Shown: in pieces, positions 27,884-28,959 of the stretch | Position numbering within the stretch: position 1 is the first letter of the stretch | Layout: the number at the start of each line of letters is the position of its first letter | Virus record (IMG/VR): IMGVR_UViG_3300011113_000733 | Location: 1 to 28,959 of that record | DNA from: a virus | Taxonomy: Duplodnaviria; Caudoviricetes | Length of the DNA stretch: 28,959 bases | Direction: 5' to 3' (one strand) | Notes under the pieces: model-generated | What the model was told of the DNA's origin: nothing | Databases searched by the model: none | The model's input: the letters and a program-made list of their open reading frames with translations, nothing else | Position numbers and translations under genes: made by a program

Positions 27884-28390
27884 TCACATCTTATTGCGTT
27901 GTTTAATAAGATATAATAAACCTTCATGCTTATCAAGAATGCCGCCAAGAAGATTCTCAATTCCTCTTGTTAACATTCCTTTTTGTTCCAACATATTCAT
28001 CAAACTCTCTCCTGCACGAAGAAAAGCTGTCTCAGCTCGCATTGCTCTGGCAATGTGCTTCTGTGCAGGATTTTCATTTGCAGCAGTCATCATGTCATCT
28101 GCCGCATCTAAAAACATTTGCATGTTCTGTAATGAATGCTTGTAATCAACTAAACGTTCTGTTCCCATTCCAACAGATTTTTCTCCTAATGCATCAATGT
28201 CTTCTCCCATTGCTTCATAAAGTCTTTGGAATAATAAATGATCGCTATAGTAATTTGGACCAGAAGTTTGCCAATGGGATGTTTGATATAACATCTGTAA
28301 ACCTCTTAATAAATCAATAAAAATTGCTACTTCAGCATATTTTTCATCGCCATACGTGATAAATAAATCGTCTAGTTTTAATATTGTCAT
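27884..28390 (-). CDS. Dps/ferritin-like protein
   Basis: HWQTSGPNYYSDHLLFQRLYE...DALGEK matches the Dps ferroxidase signature; ATAATTA at 28399-28405. Confidence 0.85.
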   Translation of the reverse strand: MTILKLDDLFITYGDEKYAEVAIFIDLLRGLQMLYQTSHWQTSGPNYYSDHLLFQRLYEAMGEDIDALGEKSVGMGTERLVDYKHSLQNMQMFLDAADDMMTAANENPAQKHIARAMRAETAFLRAGESLMNMLEQKGMLTRGIENLLGGILDKHEGLLYLIKQRNKM

Positions 28391-28435
28391 AGTAATACTA
28401 ATTATACCATAGAAAAATAATTTCTAGGAGAAATC

Positions 28436-28864
28436 ATGCCCTTTCAATATCCTTCAAGTGGTCAAAATAATGTTGCAGAATATCAAGCTAGCGGTCTTCC
28501 TTTCGTAACTCATTCACAAGTTGTTGCAGGTACCGTAAATCAAATCGCATTCCCATTTGTTACAAATTTTATCAGTGTAAAAAATAATACAGATGGTGTC
28601 CTTAGAGTTGGATTCACACAAAATGGTGTACTAGGCTCAAATTACTTCTCTCTACCAGTTAGCGGCTCTTTTGAAGGTCGTATTAGAGTCACAGACCTCT
28701 TTATCGCTGCCGAAGCAGGAACACTTCAATACGAAGTTCTCGCAGGTCTTACCAGCGTTGTTAGAAATAACTTCTTTATTCTTACAGGCTCTTATGTAGG
28801 TTTCAGTGGCTCTCTTTCAGATGAAGTAAATCCAAGATTCTATGGTTATGACGGCATAGGTTGA
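28436..28864 (+). CDS. Hypothetical beta-rich protein, probably a virion structural protein
   Basis: 142 aa; AGGAG SD; own terminator; composition typical of structural proteins. Confidence 0.75.
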   Translation: MPFQYPSSGQNNVAEYQASGLPFVTHSQVVAGTVNQIAFPFVTNFISVKNNTDGVLRVGFTQNGVLGSNYFSLPVSGSFEGRIRVTDLFIAAEAGTLQYEVLAGLTSVVRNNFFILTGSYVGFSGSLSDEVNPRFYGYDGIG

Positions 28865-28882
28865 GGTTCCTTCGAACACAAC

Positions 28883-28912
28883 AAAAAAGGCGGGTTATCC
28901 CCGCCTTTTTTT
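28883..28912. terminator. Bidirectional intrinsic terminator
   Basis: AAAAAAGGCGGG-ttatc-CCCGCCTTTTTT. Confidence 0.9.
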
Positions 28913-28959
28913 ATTCCTGCTCTTTTACAAAGATTTTCTCTATCGTTTTTAATAATGCA

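Overview
Fragment of a large, AT-rich T4-superfamily (jumbo-like) myovirus genome in the standard genetic code. The minus strand carries a head module: intein-containing portal, conserved hypothetical, gp21-type prohead protease, two small head-associated ORFs, a long acidic scaffold and a gp23-type major capsid protein. It continues with a myxobacterial-style vWA lipoprotein, a gp26/gp51-like pair and an HD-hydrolase/gp32 SSB/RecA/dUTPase block. The flanks encode a DEDDh exonuclease, ClpP, a GapR-like protein, GroEL, a Dps-like ferritin and several hypotheticals. Most notable: (1) a U7 slippery site that would fuse the gp26-like and gp51-like ORFs, as in a tail-chaperone frameshift; (2) an intein inside a small basic uncharacterised module present twice in an 810-aa protein; (3) an HNH intein in the portal; (4) an ATAWTTA motif upstream of every separately started head gene; (5) sigma70-type promoters placed for leaderless mRNAs, one driving an uncalled 53-aa ORF; (6) a duplicated 16-mer in the SSB leader. 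Family assignments rest on motif recognition, not database searches. No tRNA, rRNA or CRISPR array was seen.
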